A stretch of DNA of 64,000 nucleotides. Source: Candidatus Aenigmatarchaeota archaeon (GTDB lineage Archaea > Aenigmatarchaeota > Aenigmatarchaeia > QMZS01). A program made the position numbers and the translations under genes. Shown here in pieces: positions 44,825 to 55,331 of the stretch (position 1 is its first letter; every line of letters starts with the position of its first letter). Below the pieces are notes generated by a model that had not been told where the DNA came from, did no database searches, and was given only the letters and a program-made list of their open reading frames with translations. The stretch spans positions 24,233 through 88,232 of the forward strand of contig JAGLVB010000004.1 of NCBI GenBank assembly GCA_023134135.1, in the 5' to 3' direction.

Positions 44825-45370
44825 ATGCTAACAGGAAAAGTTATTGAGGAATCAAAGATTGGAAATTATTCTGTAAAATTCAGGTATCCAAAATTTGAAG
44901 ATTTAGAAGATATATTAAAATATATAAATTCTCTTGTTGAGGAAAGAGTTTACATAAATATGCAGAAAAAAATCAGTAAAAAAGAAGAACTTGAATTCCT
45001 GACTGATTTGCTGAAAAATGTTGAAAATAAGGAAGCGGTTTCTCTTGTTGCTGAGGTTAATGGAAAAGTTGGAGGACTTGCAAATATAAATAAAAAGAGA
45101 AATGCAGAAAGCCATATAGGAAATTTTGGAATTAGTTTAAGGAAAGATCTTAGGGGGAAAGGAATCGGCAAGAGACTTACGGAGTTAGTAATCAAAGAAG
45201 CAGTAAAAAACCTGAAAATTGAGATTGTTGAACTTGAGGTTTTTGCTGAAAATAAAGTTGCTTTAAATCTCTACAAAAAATCTGGATTTAAGAAAGTCGG
45301 GGTTATTAAAAAGGGTTTAAAGAAAGATGGAAAATATTCTGACCATGTTTTTATGGTAAAATATTTATAA
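44825..45370 (+). CDS. GNAT-family N-acetyltransferase
   Basis: LRGKGIGKRLTELVIKEA (acetyl-CoA-binding Q/RxxGxG/A motif) ...ALNLYKKSGFKKVG. Confidence 0.8.
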   Translation: MLTGKVIEESKIGNYSVKFRYPKFEDLEDILKYINSLVEERVYINMQKKISKKEELEFLTDLLKNVENKEAVSLVAEVNGKVGGLANINKKRNAESHIGNFGISLRKDLRGKGIGKRLTELVIKEAVKNLKIEIVELEVFAENKVALNLYKKSGFKKVGVIKKGLKKDGKYSDHVFMVKYL

Positions 45371-45382
45371 GGTACCGGTATT

Positions 45383-45619
45383 TTATCTTTTTAGTAATAA
45401 GTCAACCACAACACAAAATATTAATGTTAATATTCCTAAGAAGACCCATATCAAGAAAAATCCAAAAGGATTTGAGCAAAAAGGAATATAAGGCAACAAA
45501 CCAAAATTATTGCAATACCAATTTAAATCTGAAAAGTAATAAACAAAAACTGTGACTGCAAAGCTTATAAAAATAAGAAAACTTAAAAGGTATAAAAAGA
45601 ATTTCATAAAACCTTTCAT
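45383..45619 (-). CDS. Small hypothetical membrane protein
   Basis: 78-aa ORF with two or three hydrophobic helices. Confidence 0.35.
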   Translation of the reverse strand: MKGFMKFFLYLLSFLIFISFAVTVFVYYFSDLNWYCNNFGLLPYIPFCSNPFGFFLIWVFLGILTLIFCVVVDLLLKR

Positions 45620-45627
45620 AATTTTAT

Positions 45628-46563
45628 CTAATCACGAATCCCGTCTTCAGTAACTTTGAAAATTGCTTCAGAATCCGGTAATGAAGGAGAGTCAATTAAT
45701 TTAACAATTCTTTTCTGTTCCCTGCTTTTTCTTAAGTACATCCTGAATGTTGCGGCGTGTCCTAATATATGACCACCAATTGCTGTGGTTGGGTCTCCGA
45801 ACATCACTGCGGGATTTGACATTACCTGATTGGTAACATAAACAGCAAGATTCGAAACTTCTGATAATTTTTGCAGTTCATGAAGATGTCTGTTTAATTT
45901 TTGCTGTCTTGGGGCTAATTCACCTCTTCCAGAATAATCTGTTCTGAACATTGAAGTTAAAGAGTCAACAATAAGGACTTTTACATTTTTTTCTTTGATT
46001 ATATCTTTTGCTTTGTCAACAAGCAATATCTGATGGTCGGAATTGTAAGCCCTTGCAACAAATATATTTTTTAAAGCCTCTTCAGGATCAAGACCCGCGG
46101 CTTTTGCCATCTGTTCAACTCTTTCAGGTCTGAACGTGTTTTCTGTATCTATAAAAACAGCCGATCCTTCCAAACCTCCTTGATCTAAAGGCAATTGTAC
46201 ATTCACAGCTAATTGAAATGCTAATTGCGATTTTGATGAACCAAAAGCCCCATGGGCTTCTGTAATGCATCCAGTTTCAAATCCCCCGCCAAGCAAGTCA
46301 TCCAATGCTGTTGATCCTGTTGTAATTTTGCCTATCTGTTTCCTTTTCTCATAAACAGCTTCTGCTGTTTCAAAACCCATATTTATTCCATTTCTTGCGC
46401 TTTCAATAATTTTCTCGGCGGTTCCTTCGCCAACTTCAATTGCATCGCAGATTTCTCCTTTGGATGCGGCAGCAATAGCCATTAAATCTTCATATCCCGC
46501 TTCTCTGAGTTTTTCAGCGGTTTTCTCACCAACTCCGGCAAGGTTTTTTAATTTATCCACCAT
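45628..46563 (-). CDS. radA: DNA repair and recombination protein RadA
   Basis: N-terminal Hh[18 protein letters not shown], Walker [11 protein letters not shown], Walker B LIVDSLT. Confidence 0.9.
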   Translation of the reverse strand: MVDKLKNLAGVGEKTAEKLREAGYEDLMAIAAASKGEICDAIEVGEGTAEKIIESARNGINMGFETAEAVYEKRKQIGKITTGSTALDDLLGGGFETGCITEAHGAFGSSKSQLAFQLAVNVQLPLDQGGLEGSAVFIDTENTFRPERVEQMAKAAGLDPEEALKNIFVARAYNSDHQILLVDKAKDIIKEKNVKVLIVDSLTSMFRTDYSGRGELAPRQQKLNRHLHELQKLSEVSNLAVYVTNQVMSNPAVMFGDPTTAIGGHILGHAATFRMYLRKSREQKRIVKLIDSPSLPDSEAIFKVTEDGIRD

Positions 46564-46604
46564 AATGTTATTAATAATTAATAAAAGAAATAGGTTTATA
46601 ATTT

Positions 46605-47630
46605 CTATCCATTCAATTCTTTTAGGGTTTCTATTTCAGACCCTTTGTTTGATTTTACTTCAGAAATGCTAAATAAAATATAAGAAAAAATCCCCGCAAC
46701 AGGCGCAAACAGGAAACTTTTGAAGAATTCAAGAGAAACCCAGATTGTAATGCTCATCATTATCGGAAACCAGATTAAAAGGGATTTTATCAAAGGGGAA
46801 TTTTCAATTTCATTAGATACAGTTTCAGTAATATTAAATCCAAGGTCGCTGACTTCAAAGGAATTGGCTTTTTCAATTATATTATCCCTTAGTTCAACTT
46901 CAATCTGTGAATATTGTTCTTCAGTGAAGTCTGGGTATTCTTCCCTGAGTTTTTGCATCTGTTCTTTAATAGTCCTGTTGATTATTTCTTCGGATAATTT
47001 GGAGTCTCCCCCTGGAGCAAAATTTGAGATTTCACCCCAAATAATATTTGACAGACTTTCTGCGGTTGCGGTCATATAATTTTGGGAATAAGAATCATCA
47101 GTATAAAAGGAAACGAGCGAGCCAATGAATATGAATATAAACATAACAAGAAGCGCGTGGGATACAGCATTGCTGCCTATTCGGAATTTCTTCCATTTTT
47201 TTAATTCCTGTTGGTATGTTTCTCCGAGAGGAATTACGTAGAGGGAAGCAAGAAATAAACCCATAGCAAGAAACAGGAACATGGTTGAGAAATTAAATAA
47301 TATCCCTGAACAAAGAATCGGCGCAACCAGAAAGTATTTTATCTTACTTGGTTTTTTTACTGCAAGAAATGATAATCCAAGGCAAAACATTGTAAAGCCA
47401 AGCAGAGCAATAAAAATTCCGGAGAATGTGTTTATTATAACCTCAAATATAGAATTTTCAAGCACCCCTAAAACAAATATCTCAAGGAATTTTGCCTGCA
47501 GACTTGTTAATGAATTTAATGTAACTTTGCTGATATACAAAACGCAAAATCCCCCAAAAAATAAGATTGAAACAAACAAAAATTCAAGAAGTTCACCAAA
47601 TTCTTTTGGATTCTCTGGTTTATTCACCAT
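46605..47630 (-). CDS. Hypothetical polytopic membrane protein
   Basis: 341-aa ORF with about six hydrophobic helices and a central soluble loop. No recognisable family. Confidence 0.45.
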   Translation of the reverse strand: MVNKPENPKEFGELLEFLFVSILFFGGFCVLYISKVTLNSLTSLQAKFLEIFVLGVLENSIFEVIINTFSGIFIALLGFTMFCLGLSFLAVKKPSKIKYFLVAPILCSGILFNFSTMFLFLAMGLFLASLYVIPLGETYQQELKKWKKFRIGSNAVSHALLVMFIFIFIGSLVSFYTDDSYSQNYMTATAESLSNIIWGEISNFAPGGDSKLSEEIINRTIKEQMQKLREEYPDFTEEQYSQIEVELRDNIIEKANSFEVSDLGFNITETVSNEIENSPLIKSLLIWFPIMMSITIWVSLEFFKSFLFAPVAGIFSYILFSISEVKSNKGSEIETLKELNG

Positions 47631-47631
47631 A

Positions 47632-50600
47632 TTAATATTTTCTTTTTTTTGTTTCCTGTTTATACCATTTCTTCCATTCTATTAATTTTTTCTTTCTTAA
47701 ATGTTCTTCCTCGCTTTTTTTTACGCCTAATTTTTTAAAGATATTTTTTATTGATTGTTCCAGTTCATTTTTTTTGCTCATCATTGTGTATCCTTTACCT
47801 GGAGTGTATCCTTTTTTTGGCAGGAAGGTGTAAGCAACAATAATCCCTGCAAGTATTATTGAAAAAGCAACAACAGCCATTATTAACAGAGCGGAGCCGG
47901 TGTTCATTGTTTCAAGGTTTTCAAATTCCAATGACATTGAATTAAGTTCTGTATCTAGGTTGGCTATCAGGCTTTTTGCTTCCGCATAATTTCCGTTTGA
48001 AATATATTTTTCTATTTGGGCTAAAGTAAAGTTAGCGCTTTCAATTCCTGAAATAATTGAAGAAATATTTTTGTTTTCATTTTTGGCTTTTTCAAGTTTG
48101 TTAAGGATAACTTTTAATTGAGCCACCAGTTCCTCATAATTGTTGTTTATTGTTAATTTTTCTTCTTCAGAGGGTATTATGGTGAGAGTTAATTGTTCTG
48201 AAATGTTTATTTCATCAGAGGAAATGGCCAAATTAATTTCTTTTGCTCCAATATTTTCGGTTTTTGGGATTGTAAATTTTATTGCGTAATACTTTACGTC
48301 ATCTTGGTATAGGGTAATTTTATCTGATGAATTAATTTCAAATAAATCGCTTGAAATTCCTGTTAAAGCAGGGTATATATTATGCAATGTTGCTTCACCA
48401 GTATTTTTAATATAAAATGTCAGGGTTCCTATTTCCCCTTGGGTGATGTTAAGGTCTGTTACTTCATAAACTTGAAGGTCTGTTTGTTTAACTGTTAAGG
48501 TGATTGAATCTTCTTTGTCTTTCTCGTCAGAACTTGCTTCTAAAGTTAAATCATAATTATTTGCTTCAAAGTCATCGGGAATTGAGAAATGAATCGTGTA
48601 TTCCCGTGTGCTTCCTGAACTTAAATCATCTTCCACAGAGGGAGTAATTGAATAATAATCCGAGTCCAGCCCTGATAAAGTTAAATATAAATCATTTAGT
48701 TTTGCGTTTCCTGTGTTTTTTAATTCTACCTCCAGATCATAAGTTCCACCCTGCGCAATGTAGAAAGATGAAGATGTTGGTTTTAGGAATGAAAGTCCGT
48801 AATAAGTGGTTGTTCCAGAATTATCAGAAGAACTATCATCATCACTGGTTGGTGTGTTTATATTAACATTTTCTGAATTCGTATTTAGTGTTGCATTATT
48901 TCCTGTTGCTGTTACTTCTATTTCATTATCGTCTCTTACTTTTATTGGTTTTAAATACCAATAGCAACTGCTGCAACTACCTCCTGCAGCTATTGTATCG
49001 CAGTCAGCACACGAAATATTATCGCCAGATGTTTTTGTAAAATATGTTGATGAATAAGTGATATTTACAAGAACGCCTGTAACATTTAAATTTCCTGTGT
49101 TATTTACATAAACTTTTACATAAAATTCAGAATCTTTATCAACATCGGTTGGAGGTTCTGTTTTCCATGTTACAACTAAAGTTCCATATCTAACAACAAC
49201 TTCCTGTTGTTTAGTATAATTAAATCTCCCGTCTTCTGAATAAACAGTTATATTTACTGTGTAATTTGCTTTATTGTATCCGGTAAAATTCCATGTTGCC
49301 AAACCCGAATTTGTGATGTTAATATTCCCAATAGAAGTGCAGTTGCTTGAATTTGAATGGTTAAGTCCGCTTCCTGACCAATCTAAACAAACACTTACAT
49401 TTTCAGCAGTGAAATTGCCGAGTTTTGAAACATTTACTGTGAAATCAAAAGGAAATCCTTTTACTATTGAAGTTAAATCACTGGTAACTATTGGGTTTAA
49501 ATTATGCAGTAATTCAAAACTTGAATTAATTTCCACAATATTCCCAATTTCATCAGTTGTGTTCCCCAAAAGAGTGTAATTTCCTTCGCTTAGGTTTGTT
49601 GTGTTTATGTTTGCTGAAAATAATCCATTTGAATCAACAGAAAATGAAATATTCTGAACAACAATTCCTGTTAAATTTTTCAGTGTGAAATTATAATCTT
49701 TGGAAGTGTTCCATGAATTATCAATTAAGGTCTGGTTGTCATAGGAATAAACTTCAAAAGTTACTGGTGTTAAATTTGTTGAATCATTAATGTAGTAAAT
49801 ATTATTTACAAGATTTAATCTTGGCAGGGTCTGATTTGTAACAATGATGTTTAGTGTAAGGTTCAGATAATTATAAGGTTCCCCATTTGAAGAATTCAAA
49901 TAAATCCATCCTGTGTAATTGCCAAGATAAGAAGAATCTGTTGGTGGCTCAATCGTGATATTTAGATAACCAAGTCCTCCCGCAGAAATATTATTGGAAA
50001 GCGCAATACTAGTGAAATTTAATACAAAGGAATTGTTGGCTGTGTTTGTAAGATTTGTTGAGTTGATTTGCGTCAAATTTATTAAAGTTGAGGTTCCTGT
50101 GTTGTTGATTATAAAACTCAAAGTCTTGGTCTGGTTTAAATTTATAAATAATCTTCTGGAAGTATTATAGATTTCTGTTTCTCCAACATCCAGAGATTGA
50201 TTTCCAATATAACCGTAATCTTTCCATGCAGGTCTTAATTTTAAAACCGGGGCTGAAAAATTAATGTTTGCTGTTAATTCCTGGGTTCCATCGGGTGTTG
50301 TAAAAATCAAATCCGTTTTGTAATCTTCGCCCACAACCAGATTTTCCGGAGATGTGAGATTAAAGGTAATTAAAGAATAGCTTTCATTTGTTAAGTTTCC
50401 CAGTTTTGTTATATTATTTCCTGTCAGACTAATTGTCAGATTGTAAGTAAAATTTGTTGTGAGGTTTGTGTTGTTTATTGAAATAGTCCAGTAACCTCCA
50501 CTCAAGTTGGTTGTGGAAACTAAGGCAGATCCATTGGTAGTATTTGTTGAATTAATTATAGTTCCAGTGGAATTATGAAGGGATAAATTTATATAAGTTG

Positions 50601-51222
50601 AAGCATTTGAATTTAGAGAAATATTTATTACCTCAACAGAATCTTCAACATAAAAAGTAAGGTTTTCAACTGTGTTGTTTTCAATTGTTTTATTTTCAAA
50701 GTTGTGATTTATTTCTGTGAAATTTATTTTAAATCTATTATCTAAAAAGTAGATTGTAAGATTGAAGGTTTCAGTTCCGGAAACATTCTCGCCAAAAACT
50801 GTTGCTTTCCATACACCATATTTTGTCTCTGAGATATTTAGATTTATTGTGGAATAATTCCCCCCCGAAGTATTTTCAAAATATTCATTAATTCTTAGAT
50901 TTGTTAAATTAAAAGTCAGATTATTTGTTGAGTTTGTCCAGTTTAATTTTGCGGACAGATTTGAAGAGAAAGGGATTATAAATGTAAAATTTTTGTAAGT
51001 TGCGTTTGAGATGACTTGATTTTCCCAGTTATAGACCAAATTAAAATCATCATAACTTAAATTGACTTCTTCAGTTGTATTTGTGCGGAAATTAAAATTT
51101 TCTGATGTTGAATTGTTTGGCGTAAGGGACAACTCAAGATTCTGACCTAAATCCAAATGCGCAAATACTGCGGTTGTCAATAGGAATGTAAAGAATAAAC
51201 TTAAGAATACCTTTGCCCTCAT
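47632..51222 (-). CDS. Giant N-glycosylation-sequon-rich surface protein (S-layer/adhesin candidate) with a C-terminal TM anchor and a basic cytoplasmic tail
   Basis: Signal MRAKVFLSLFFTFLLTTAVFA. By hand count, about 85 N-x-S/T sequons in 1196 aa (e.g. NWTNSTNNLTFNLTNL, NSTNTTNGS). CARDB-like segments (YDLEVELKNTGNAKLNDLYLTLSG). TM ALLIMAVVAFSIILAGIIVAYTF followed by a K-rich tail. Confidence 0.65.
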   Translation of the reverse strand: MRAKVFLSLFFTFLLTTAVFAHLDLGQNLELSLTPNNSTSENFNFRTNTTEEVNLSYDDFNLVYNWENQVISNATYKNFTFIIPFSSNLSAKLNWTNSTNNLTFNLTNLRINEYFENTSGGNYSTINLNISETKYGVWKATVFGENVSGTETFNLTIYFLDNRFKINFTEINHNFENKTIENNTVENLTFYVEDSVEVINISLNSNASTYINLSLHNSTGTIINSTNTTNGSALVSTTNLSGGYWTISINNTNLTTNFTYNLTISLTGNNITKLGNLTNESYSLITFNLTSPENLVVGEDYKTDLIFTTPDGTQELTANINFSAPVLKLRPAWKDYGYIGNQSLDVGETEIYNTSRRLFINLNQTKTLSFIINNTGTSTLINLTQINSTNLTNTANNSFVLNFTSIALSNNISAGGLGYLNITIEPPTDSSYLGNYTGWIYLNSSNGEPYNYLNLTLNIIVTNQTLPRLNLVNNIYYINDSTNLTPVTFEVYSYDNQTLIDNSWNTSKDYNFTLKNLTGIVVQNISFSVDSNGLFSANINTTNLSEGNYTLLGNTTDEIGNIVEINSSFELLHNLNPIVTSDLTSIVKGFPFDFTVNVSKLGNFTAENVSVCLDWSGSGLNHSNSSNCTSIGNINITNSGLATWNFTGYNKANYTVNITVYSEDGRFNYTKQQEVVVRYGTLVVTWKTEPPTDVDKDSEFYVKVYVNNTGNLNVTGVLVNITYSSTYFTKTSGDNISCADCDTIAAGGSCSSCYWYLKPIKVRDDNEIEVTATGNNATLNTNSENVNINTPTSDDDSSSDNSGTTTYYGLSFLKPTSSSFYIAQGGTYDLEVELKNTGNAKLNDLYLTLSGLDSDYYSITPSVEDDLSSGSTREYTIHFSIPDDFEANNYDLTLEASSDEKDKEDSITLTVKQTDLQVYEVTDLNITQGEIGTLTFYIKNTGEATLHNIYPALTGISSDLFEINSSDKITLYQDDVKYYAIKFTIPKTENIGAKEINLAISSDEINISEQLTLTIIPSEEEKLTINNNYEELVAQLKVILNKLEKAKNENKNISSIISGIESANFTLAQIEKYISNGNYAEAKSLIANLDTELNSMSLEFENLETMNTGSALLIMAVVAFSIILAGIIVAYTFLPKKGYTPGKGYTMMSKKNELEQSIKNIFKKLGVKKSEEEHLRKKKLIEWKKWYKQETKKRKY

Positions 51223-51315
51223 TAGTATATTATAAATTATATTTAAGTTTTGAAATATAACCGCATAATCCTTGAATTCTGCGGATAAATCTCGATTTTA
51301 TCAGAATGGTTTTAT

Positions 51316-52830
51316 TTAACAGATCTCAACATCAACGAAAATCGGAGCTGCTATTTTTATTTCTTTTTTCTGGTCTGTCATATATCTGGAAATGGATTTA
51401 TCTATTTTAAGGTTGATTGATGGCAGTGTATCAGCATATTTTACAGTCAATACTCCTTTCTTGCCTTTTTCCGCATTATAAGCAAAATAATTTGAGATTG
51501 TGTCAAGGAAAGAGCAGACTTTTACCCCATTTTCAATGATTTCCTCGTATTTTTTATCCCCAGGCTTTACTCCAAAAATATTTCCCTGATAAACATAAAT
51601 TTCATTTAATCCCCCGGGTCCGAGCAGTTTCTTGCCTTCTTCCGGTTCAAGAACATAAACTTTTGCGGAGTCCTCATATATTTTCTCTCTGACAATTCCT
51701 AGAGAATCTTTATGTTCAATAATTCCTTTTTTAATTGCTTCTGCAATCTCCTTGTTTCCGGGTTTTTTGTCTATTTCTATGCCCGCGGCAATCTGTTCGT
51801 CTGACAATTCCTGTCCTGAACTGTAATATAATTCCCGGATATCTTCGATATTTTCAAGAGCCATTACAATTCTCCCAAGTCCGGGTCCTGAGTTAAATAC
51901 CGGATATTTTATTTTGTAGTTTGCAAGCGAGACCGGCGAGTACATACCGATTTCAGAAACTTCAATCCATCCGATTTTTGGGTGTTTTACAAATACTTCA
52001 AAGTTGGTTCCGGGTGCGTAATAAGTTGGCTGGTTTGGTTTTACCTCAAATTTCACTTCTTTAAACCCAAGTTTCTTAAAGAATGTTTCTGTGAGTTTTT
52101 TCCCATTTTCTATTTTGAAATTCTCGTCCATGATAACAAGAGATAAATTTAGGTGAGCTTTTAGGTGTCTTGAATCCTCTTTTTGTTCTCTCCTAAATCT
52201 CCATACTAGAGAAAAAAGCATTATTGGGTGCTTTTTTTTGTCCTGTAATTTTGCTAATATAGGGAACCATGCTGTTGTTGCGTGGGAGATTAAGGTTTGG
52301 TTTGATGCTTCTGGTTTTAATTCTGTTAATTCTTTGAAAACTTCATTAATTAGGTAAACTGAGTCCGAGGTTGAGATATTTAGTTCTGAGACAAGTATTT
52401 CTGTGAAATCTTCTCCTCCTTCAATTTCTTCCCTCTTGTATCTTTTAAGGATGTCCTGCAATTCTGTGAATTTCTTGAAGTCAGGGATTTTTTTTAAGAT
52501 TAATTCCTTTTTTTCATTTGACAGCCCAATATCAGGTCTTGGGATTGTGGATATATAATATACCCGGTCCATTATTGCTCCAGCTTCAGGACCATATTGT
52601 TTTTTTATTTCTTCATCTGATTGGATTGGATTAAGGATAATCTCGTCAAAACCCAACTCCAACAGAGCTTTTCTAATATTAAGCGCATATTTCCACAATA
52701 AATGTTCTGAGCCTTTTTTTTGATTGAGCTGGAAATCCCCTTTTCCTGTTACCGACTCTGCGGTTCTTTTCCATTCTCCTTCCCAATCCTTTTTTGCGTT
52801 ATCTTTTATTTTTTCAGGGTCAAATACCAT
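51316..52830 (-). CDS. sepS: O-phosphoseryl-tRNA(Cys) synthetase (SepRS)
   Basis: Blocks recalled from methanogen SepRS: QYGPEAGAIMDRVYYISTIPRPDIGLS, LISHATTAWF, LFSLVWRFRREQKEDSRHL, EVSEIGMYSPVSL, GPGLGRIVM, LLGPGGLNEIYVYQGNIFGV. The length of 504 aa is in range. Confidence 0.8.
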   Translation of the reverse strand: MVFDPEKIKDNAKKDWEGEWKRTAESVTGKGDFQLNQKKGSEHLLWKYALNIRKALLELGFDEIILNPIQSDEEIKKQYGPEAGAIMDRVYYISTIPRPDIGLSNEKKELILKKIPDFKKFTELQDILKRYKREEIEGGEDFTEILVSELNISTSDSVYLINEVFKELTELKPEASNQTLISHATTAWFPILAKLQDKKKHPIMLFSLVWRFRREQKEDSRHLKAHLNLSLVIMDENFKIENGKKLTETFFKKLGFKEVKFEVKPNQPTYYAPGTNFEVFVKHPKIGWIEVSEIGMYSPVSLANYKIKYPVFNSGPGLGRIVMALENIEDIRELYYSSGQELSDEQIAAGIEIDKKPGNKEIAEAIKKGIIEHKDSLGIVREKIYEDSAKVYVLEPEEGKKLLGPGGLNEIYVYQGNIFGVKPGDKKYEEIIENGVKVCSFLDTISNYFAYNAEKGKKGVLTVKYADTLPSINLKIDKSISRYMTDQKKEIKIAAPIFVDVEIC

Positions 52831-52893
52831 AATATAATTAAATAATTCAGTGTTTGAGATTAAATCTTTCTAATAAATTATTTCAGTAATACT

Positions 52894-53940
52894 ATGATGT
52901 ATGACTACGTGATAGTGGGCGGAGGCGTTGCAGGATTGAATTTAGCGGCAAAACTCAGGAATAAACAGGTTTTGCTCATAGAGGAACACAAAAACCTTGG
53001 TCCGCGAAGATGCAGCGGTCTTATTTCAGACAGGATAAACAAATTTTTTGATTTGCCAAAATCCATTGTTGAAAGGGAAATTTACAAAGCACATCTTTGC
53101 TGCGGGGAGGCTTCAGCTCAGATTAATTTAAATTCAGTTGTTCTTGATAAGGAGAAATTTGAAACTTTTTTGTTGAGGAAAGCTGAGAAAAATGTTGAGG
53201 TTAAATATGAGAGGGTGATTAAAGTATCTGATGATTATCATGGGGTTGTGGTCACCACATCACAGGGAGTTTACAGGACAAAATATGTTATAGGGTGCGA
53301 CGGCGCAAACTCTTTTGTTAGAAAAACTTTTGTTGAGGATGAGCCAAAAAAATTCTTTTTCGGAAAATTCTGTTATTCAAATGAAAAACCTTCTGATGAA
53401 TACAAGGTGTTCTTTGATTCAAAATATTCTGATTTATTTGCGTGGACTGCCCCCCGAAGAAACAAAGTTGAGTATGGGATGATTTGCGAGAAAAATCTTA
53501 GCAATAAGTATGATACTTTTATGAGGGCGAAAAATCCAAAAGAAACCTCTGAAGATTATTTTGGAGTAATTCCAACAGGTCTCTGCAAGTGTTCTTTTTC
53601 AAAGGGAATTTTGGTTGGGAACTCCGCGGGAATGACAAAACCCCTGACCGGAGGCGGAGTAATTTATTCTTTGATTGCGGGCAAAATTGCGGCAAGGGAA
53701 TTAAACAAAGATGAACCTGATTTCAGAAACTATGAGAAAAAGTGCGTTGAAACTTTAGGTAAGGAAATAAAAAAACAGTTGTTTGCGAGAAGAATTTATT
53801 CAAAACTGAGCGACCGGAGAAAACAGAAAATGATAAACTCAATTAAGAGAGAGAGATTTAGCATTGATATGGATTTCCCGATGACAGATATTCTTAAGGA
53901 TAAAAAAATGAAGATTTTGAAGAGTTTTTTTGGGAGATAG
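52894..53940 (+). CDS. FAD-dependent oxidoreductase of the geranylgeranyl reductase family
   Basis: YDYVIVGGGVAGL dinucleotide-binding motif, IGCDGANSFVR, and GNSAGMTKPLTGGG. Confidence 0.65.
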   Translation: MMYDYVIVGGGVAGLNLAAKLRNKQVLLIEEHKNLGPRRCSGLISDRINKFFDLPKSIVEREIYKAHLCCGEASAQINLNSVVLDKEKFETFLLRKAEKNVEVKYERVIKVSDDYHGVVVTTSQGVYRTKYVIGCDGANSFVRKTFVEDEPKKFFFGKFCYSNEKPSDEYKVFFDSKYSDLFAWTAPRRNKVEYGMICEKNLSNKYDTFMRAKNPKETSEDYFGVIPTGLCKCSFSKGILVGNSAGMTKPLTGGGVIYSLIAGKIAARELNKDEPDFRNYEKKCVETLGKEIKKQLFARRIYSKLSDRRKQKMINSIKRERFSIDMDFPMTDILKDKKMKILKSFFGR

Positions 53941-54097
53941 GAATTGAAGTGTATCCATTTTGTGTACAACTGAAATAGAAAGAATTGAGATGGTTACGAT
54001 TTGTAACCAACTGAAATTAATTTCTCTAAGGGTAAATATTATTTGACTAATGTGGCGATAAATTTATAGGAATTAAAGAAGTGTTTGGTAATAAATT

Positions 54098-54922
54098 ATG
54101 GACTCTGATAAAGCGCTTGTGGTTTTTGAAGATAAAGAAATCAGGAGAATTTGGCATAATTATGAATGGTATTTTTCTGTATCAGATATTATTGCAGTAT
54201 TGACAGACAGTAAGGATTCTAAAGCTTATTGGAGAAAATTAAAAGAGAGAGAACCCCAGATCGTGACAATTTGTCACGAACTGAAATTGCCATCTTCAGA
54301 TGGTAAATTTTATAATTCTGATTGTGCAACCACAAAAAACGCATTCCGGTTAATCCAGTCAATCCCCTCTAAAAAAGCAGAACCTTTTAAGCAATGGCTG
54401 GCTCAAGTGGGTTATGAAAGAATACAGGAAATAGAGAACCCTGAATTGGTGCAAAAAAGAATGAAAGAAATATACAAGGCAAAAGGTTATTCTGAGGCTT
54501 GGATTGAAAAAAGAGTAAGAGGGATTGCGATAAGAGACGAATTAACAGGGGAATGGAAAAATCGCGGAGTAAACAAAAATATAGAATATGCGATTCTTAC
54601 AAATGAAATTAGCAAAGCAACCTTCGGGAAGACTGTTGAGGAATACAAACAATTCAAGAAATTAAATCGAGAAAACTTAAGAGATCACATGACCGACTTG
54701 GAACTGATTTTTACAATGCTTGGCGAAGCTTCTACAACAGAAATTGCAAAAAATAAAGATGCCAAAGGTTTTGTGGAAAATAAAACTGTTGCAAAGAAAG
54801 GCGGCAAGATTGCGGGTGATGCAAGAAAAAACCTTGAAATAGAATCCGGAAAAGATGTGACAACTGATGAAAATTATCTGGAAAAACCCGAAAGCGTTAA
54901 GAGACTTGAAAAGAAGAAATAA
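54098..54922 (+). CDS. Bro-N domain protein (BRO/DinD-like), copy 3
   Basis: MDSDKALVVFEDKEIRRIWHNYEWYFSVSDIIAVLT. The first ~45 nt and upstream atttataggaattaaagaag are shared with copy 2. The C-terminal two thirds are highly similar to copy 2 at nucleotide level. Confidence 0.7.
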   Translation: MDSDKALVVFEDKEIRRIWHNYEWYFSVSDIIAVLTDSKDSKAYWRKLKEREPQIVTICHELKLPSSDGKFYNSDCATTKNAFRLIQSIPSKKAEPFKQWLAQVGYERIQEIENPELVQKRMKEIYKAKGYSEAWIEKRVRGIAIRDELTGEWKNRGVNKNIEYAILTNEISKATFGKTVEEYKQFKKLNRENLRDHMTDLELIFTMLGEASTTEIAKNKDAKGFVENKTVAKKGGKIAGDARKNLEIESGKDVTTDENYLEKPESVKRLEKKK

Positions 54923-55000
54923 ATAAATCCTTTTTTGGGTGAGTGGAAATCCTGATAATTTTCCAGACAAAACATTAAAGATTTTTTTCAGTTGATATTT

Positions 55001-55321
55001 ATGTTGGAATTAGTGGGAAAATATGATCCTTTTGGGGTTAGCTATACTCCGTATGATTATGGGGTTTGTTCAGAATGTGGAGGTGAATTGGTGCTTGTGA
55101 GGTATCCAAAGGGATTTGTTAACGGTGAAAATAGGATTTTTTATATGGAAGAAATGGATTTTCTTTGTCTGGTTTGCGGAACAAGTGTTACAGAAAAAAA
55201 AGGAGAAGAAATTAGTTATGATAAAAAAGCCTTGATGTTAGAAATTAATGGCAAGGTGAGTGAACTCAATCCAAAAAAACGGGATAAATGGTGGGTTGAT
55301 AAGAGTTATAATTTGGGTTGA
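55001..55321 (+). CDS. Hypothetical Zn-ribbon protein
   Basis: CSECGG...CLVCG cysteine pairs. ATG at 55001 (the track starts at TTG 54992). Confidence 0.4.
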   Translation: MLELVGKYDPFGVSYTPYDYGVCSECGGELVLVRYPKGFVNGENRIFYMEEMDFLCLVCGTSVTEKKGEEISYDKKALMLEINGKVSELNPKKRDKWWVDKSYNLG

Positions 55322-55331
55322 GCGCGAGGAT

